DNA from: a virus
Taxonomy: Duplodnaviria > Caudoviricetes
Strand: one strand, 5' to 3'
IMG/VR virus record: IMGVR_UViG_3300020042_001735
Span: 1-27,251 of that record
DNA: 27,251 bases
The translations under genes and the position numbers were made by a program. Position 1 is the first letter of the stretch; each line of letters begins with the position of its first letter. The notes below the pieces were generated by a model, which was not told where the DNA came from, did not search any database, and worked only from the letters and a program-made list of their open reading frames with translations. Shown here piece after piece: positions 24,886-27,251 of the stretch.

Positions 24886-27250
24886 CAGTGCCGGTGGCTA
24901 AGGCTTCCCCATCTGCGTCGGAATCGGCTTTGGCTGCACCGATATAGGTATCTGGGTCAAGGAAATCACCGCGAGAGCAATCAAATACGTACGTATCTAC
25001 CGGCGGGGTGCTGGATAACTTAGTGCCTTTCGACATACGCTTCTTTATTGTGCCGACATAAACACCCTCAGAGGCAAGAGCGTTTAGTACGTCCTTTAAA
25101 GTAATCTGATTCTTTGAGCAATACTCCCTAAACTTTTTAGTAATAATGAATAGCTTTTGGGTATCAGGCTCCATGCGCACCGTCAACTCCCCCCGAGGCT
25201 CTAGAATCGGCAGAAGCTCAACCCCCGTGCGTTTATCTATCTCGTCGTTAATAACCAAAGTATTCTGGCGTTGCTCATTCCAGTATTCGCCTATAACGCT
25301 AGCATAGCTAGATGCCGGTGGTTTAATCTCTTGGCGCATCTGGGTAAACTCTTTGACTAACCACTTAAATACTTTGCCGACGTCAATGTCAATCAAGCCA
25401 AGCCTACGTGCAAACATAGCACCGGCGATATTACATGCGGCTACGCCAGACCAAAACCGCTCTCGGTTTGTAAAGCCAATCTTACGGTCTATAAGAAGCT
25501 GGATATCCTTAACTTCCCTGATACGCTCTTCAAGGTTGCATACTAAGTCGCGGATGTATATACGCCCAGCGTGTCCGTAATTTGTATACAATTTTGGGAA
25601 CAACTCGTCAGCTTCTTCCTTTGTAAGTACCTTAGTCTCCGGAATGGTGTACTCAATAACCCGCATCAATTCACCATCAGCAGTTGCTTTAAGAGACTTC
25701 AACTTATCCACAGCCGATGCATTTGAGGAACACAGCAGCATAGTTTCCCATCTGGCAAAATTATTACGTTCGGCGTTCTCGTTAGACTTCATCCTCCCCC
25801 TGCCCCTACCCTGCGATGCTGCATAGGAAAGGTCTGAAAAATCTTCAGGGGTCATCTTAGTAAGTTCATCACACCCAAGCGCGAGGTTATTCATTACTCC
25901 AAGGCGGTGTAGTTTCACGTTCATAGTATCGCGCTGAATTAGCATGATTTCTTCTGGGTGCCCGTAAACGCTATGCATCGCCTTAATTGCCGTGGTTTTA
26001 CCAGTACCAGATTGGTTATTAATCATGTTGATTAACGCGCCTTTTAGGTTCAAGTGTTTCAGTAACGGTGCGCCGAAAGCAGTAAAAAACCCAAACGCCA
26101 TCGGCTCTAAACCGGGCATGTCGTATACGTTAACTACCTTCTTCCATTCCTCCAGCGATCCCACAGGGATAAAGTAATCTGATAGAGGTGCGGTGTAACT
26201 TGATGGCGGGCTATATCTATCCCCATCTGCACATATCTCGGTATCGCCCACAACGAATGAACGGTTACCTTCAGTCCATCCAAATTGGGTTCTCATAATG
26301 TCTGCTCCTTCTCTACATTGAAGTTCTTTTGTAAATCTGACGATATATACCATGATAGCGTCCATCTGCTTTTTTAAGGCAATAACGCCATACCATGCTA
26401 GTTTCTCGCGCAGCTTCTCTGTTGTTAGTAAATCTACCGCAGGTAAAGCAAACTCCCGCACACCATCTTTAGGGGTATGCAGTCGCATCCAAACAACTTC
26501 ACCATGCTGCGGGTCTTTCATACGCTTGACTACATATAAATCATGCTCGTATATAAGAACCGCCTCGGTATCGTCCTCGTCATCTGCCTTCCTATACACC
26601 CCACCGCCCTTACCACGAAAATATGGAAATGGGTACTCCGGTATGGTATAAGTTACTGGTTTAATAGCGTCTGACGCAGTAAACTGAACAACGTTATCTT
26701 CTGGCTCCGCTGCTATAACTTCTTGACCAAGCACAATAGGAGATGTGATCTTGCCTTTATTTGGACAGTTATTACAGCCATCGGGGTTGATCTTACTAAA
26801 CGCGTCGCAAGTGTACGGCCCCTTTATCTTAGACGCTTTGTTTAAAGCCGCCGACTCCGAATACTCTGGATGCCTAAACGATATGTCGTGTACAGCTTTT
26901 TCCATATCCACACAATGCGCGGCTATAGATAATGCGGCTCTCCATCGAGGTTCCTCTAAAGTTTCTTGATCTGCAACCGCAGCAGCTAACTGTGGGCATG
27001 CACCGTCCTTCTCAACCTTCATCATTATGGTTGAAAACCGAGACTGCTTATTTCCCATCAATGATTTTGTTAACTCATTAATCTGAGTGCGGGCATACTC
27101 AGGGACTTCATCAAGAACACCAACTATGTCCTTAAACTCTTCATAGCTAGTCTCTGTACCGACACACATTAAAACAACATCTAACGGAGGATCGCCCTTC
27201 GTGTTAAAAGTTCCGGGTATCCTAAGAATAGATGCTGCATCGGAAGTACG
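24875..27250 (-). CDS. AEP (RepB-like) primase fused to DUF927/Cch-like helicase (5'-partial)
   Basis: The frame stays open beyond ATG 27169 to the window end (RTSDAASILRIPGTFNTK, a primase motif). A Cys-rich module follows (CPQL..AAHC..PYTC..GCNNC), then FGW, Walker A SGTGKTT and Walker B LGCDE. Confidence 0.85.
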   Translation of the reverse strand, partial: RTSDAASILRIPGTFNTKGDPPLDVVLMCVGTETSYEEFKDIVGVLDEVPEYARTQINELTKSLMGNKQSRFSTIMMKVEKDGACPQLAAAVADQETLEEPRWRAALSIAAHCVDMEKAVHDISFRHPEYSESAALNKASKIKGPYTCDAFSKINPDGCNNCPNKGKITSPIVLGQEVIAAEPEDNVVQFTASDAIKPVTYTIPEYPFPYFRGKGGGVYRKADDEDDTEAVLIYEHDLYVVKRMKDPQHGEVVWMRLHTPKDGVREFALPAVDLLTTEKLREKLAWYGVIALKKQMDAIMVYIVRFTKELQCREGADIMRTQFGWTEGNRSFVVGDTEICADGDRYSPPSSYTAPLSDYFIPVGSLEEWKKVVNVYDMPGLEPMAFGFFTAFGAPLLKHLNLKGALINMINNQSGTGKTTAIKAMHSVYGHPEEIMLIQRDTMNVKLHRLGVMNNLALGCDELTKMTPEDFSDLSYAASQGRGRGRMKSNENAERNNFARWETMLLCSSNASAVDKLKSLKATADGELMRVIEYTIPETKVLTKEEADELFPKLYTNYGHAGRIYIRDLVCNLEERIREVKDIQLLIDRKIGFTNRERFWSGVAACNIAGAMFARRLGLIDIDVGKVFKWLVKEFTQMRQEIKPPASSYASVIGEYWNEQRQNTLVINDEIDKRTGVELLPILEPRGELTVRMEPDTQKLFIITKKFREYCSKNQITLKDVLNALASEGVYVGTIKKRMSKGTKLSSTPPVDTYVFDCSRGDFLDPDTYIGAAKADSDADGEALATGTDGN

Positions 27251-27251
27251 C

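Noticed and set aside
27167-27169. ATG 27169 as the start of the primase/helicase
   Set aside because: The frame remains open to the window end and includes the primase motif ILRIPGTFN, so the true start lies outside the window.

Overview
This is a 27 kb fragment of a tailed (podovirus-like) bacteriophage genome. There are no rRNA, tRNA, CRISPR or integrase signatures, and no capsid, portal or terminase gene falls in the window. The + strand carries a tightly packed late region with two apparently parallel tail/DNA-ejection modules. Module A (1-5376) has the end of a probable tail-hub gene, a short fibre, a cupin and three ejection-type proteins. Module B (7125-24603) has a collar-domain fibre, an 875-aa tail hub, a small tail protein, a GNAT, a DDxxD protein, three ejection-type proteins and a 2556-aa polyvalent protein with two zincin motifs and a PLxRFG motif. 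A lysis cassette (two overlapping membrane proteins, a 3-TM holin and a GH24 endolysin) lies between them. A convergent - strand AEP primase/DUF927 helicase gene (5'-truncated) and a small ORF end at a structured intergenic region. The main points of interest are: small enzyme-like genes (cupin, GNAT, isoprenoid-synthase-like DDxxD protein) coupled directly upstream of ejection proteins, two of which carry leader-like N-termini, suggesting a virion-protein maturation or lipidation system; the doubled tail/ejection module (natural hybrid or assembly chimera); a probable AUU start codon; and an SD/anti-SD double-hairpin element. All product calls come from motif recognition and gene context, not database searches.
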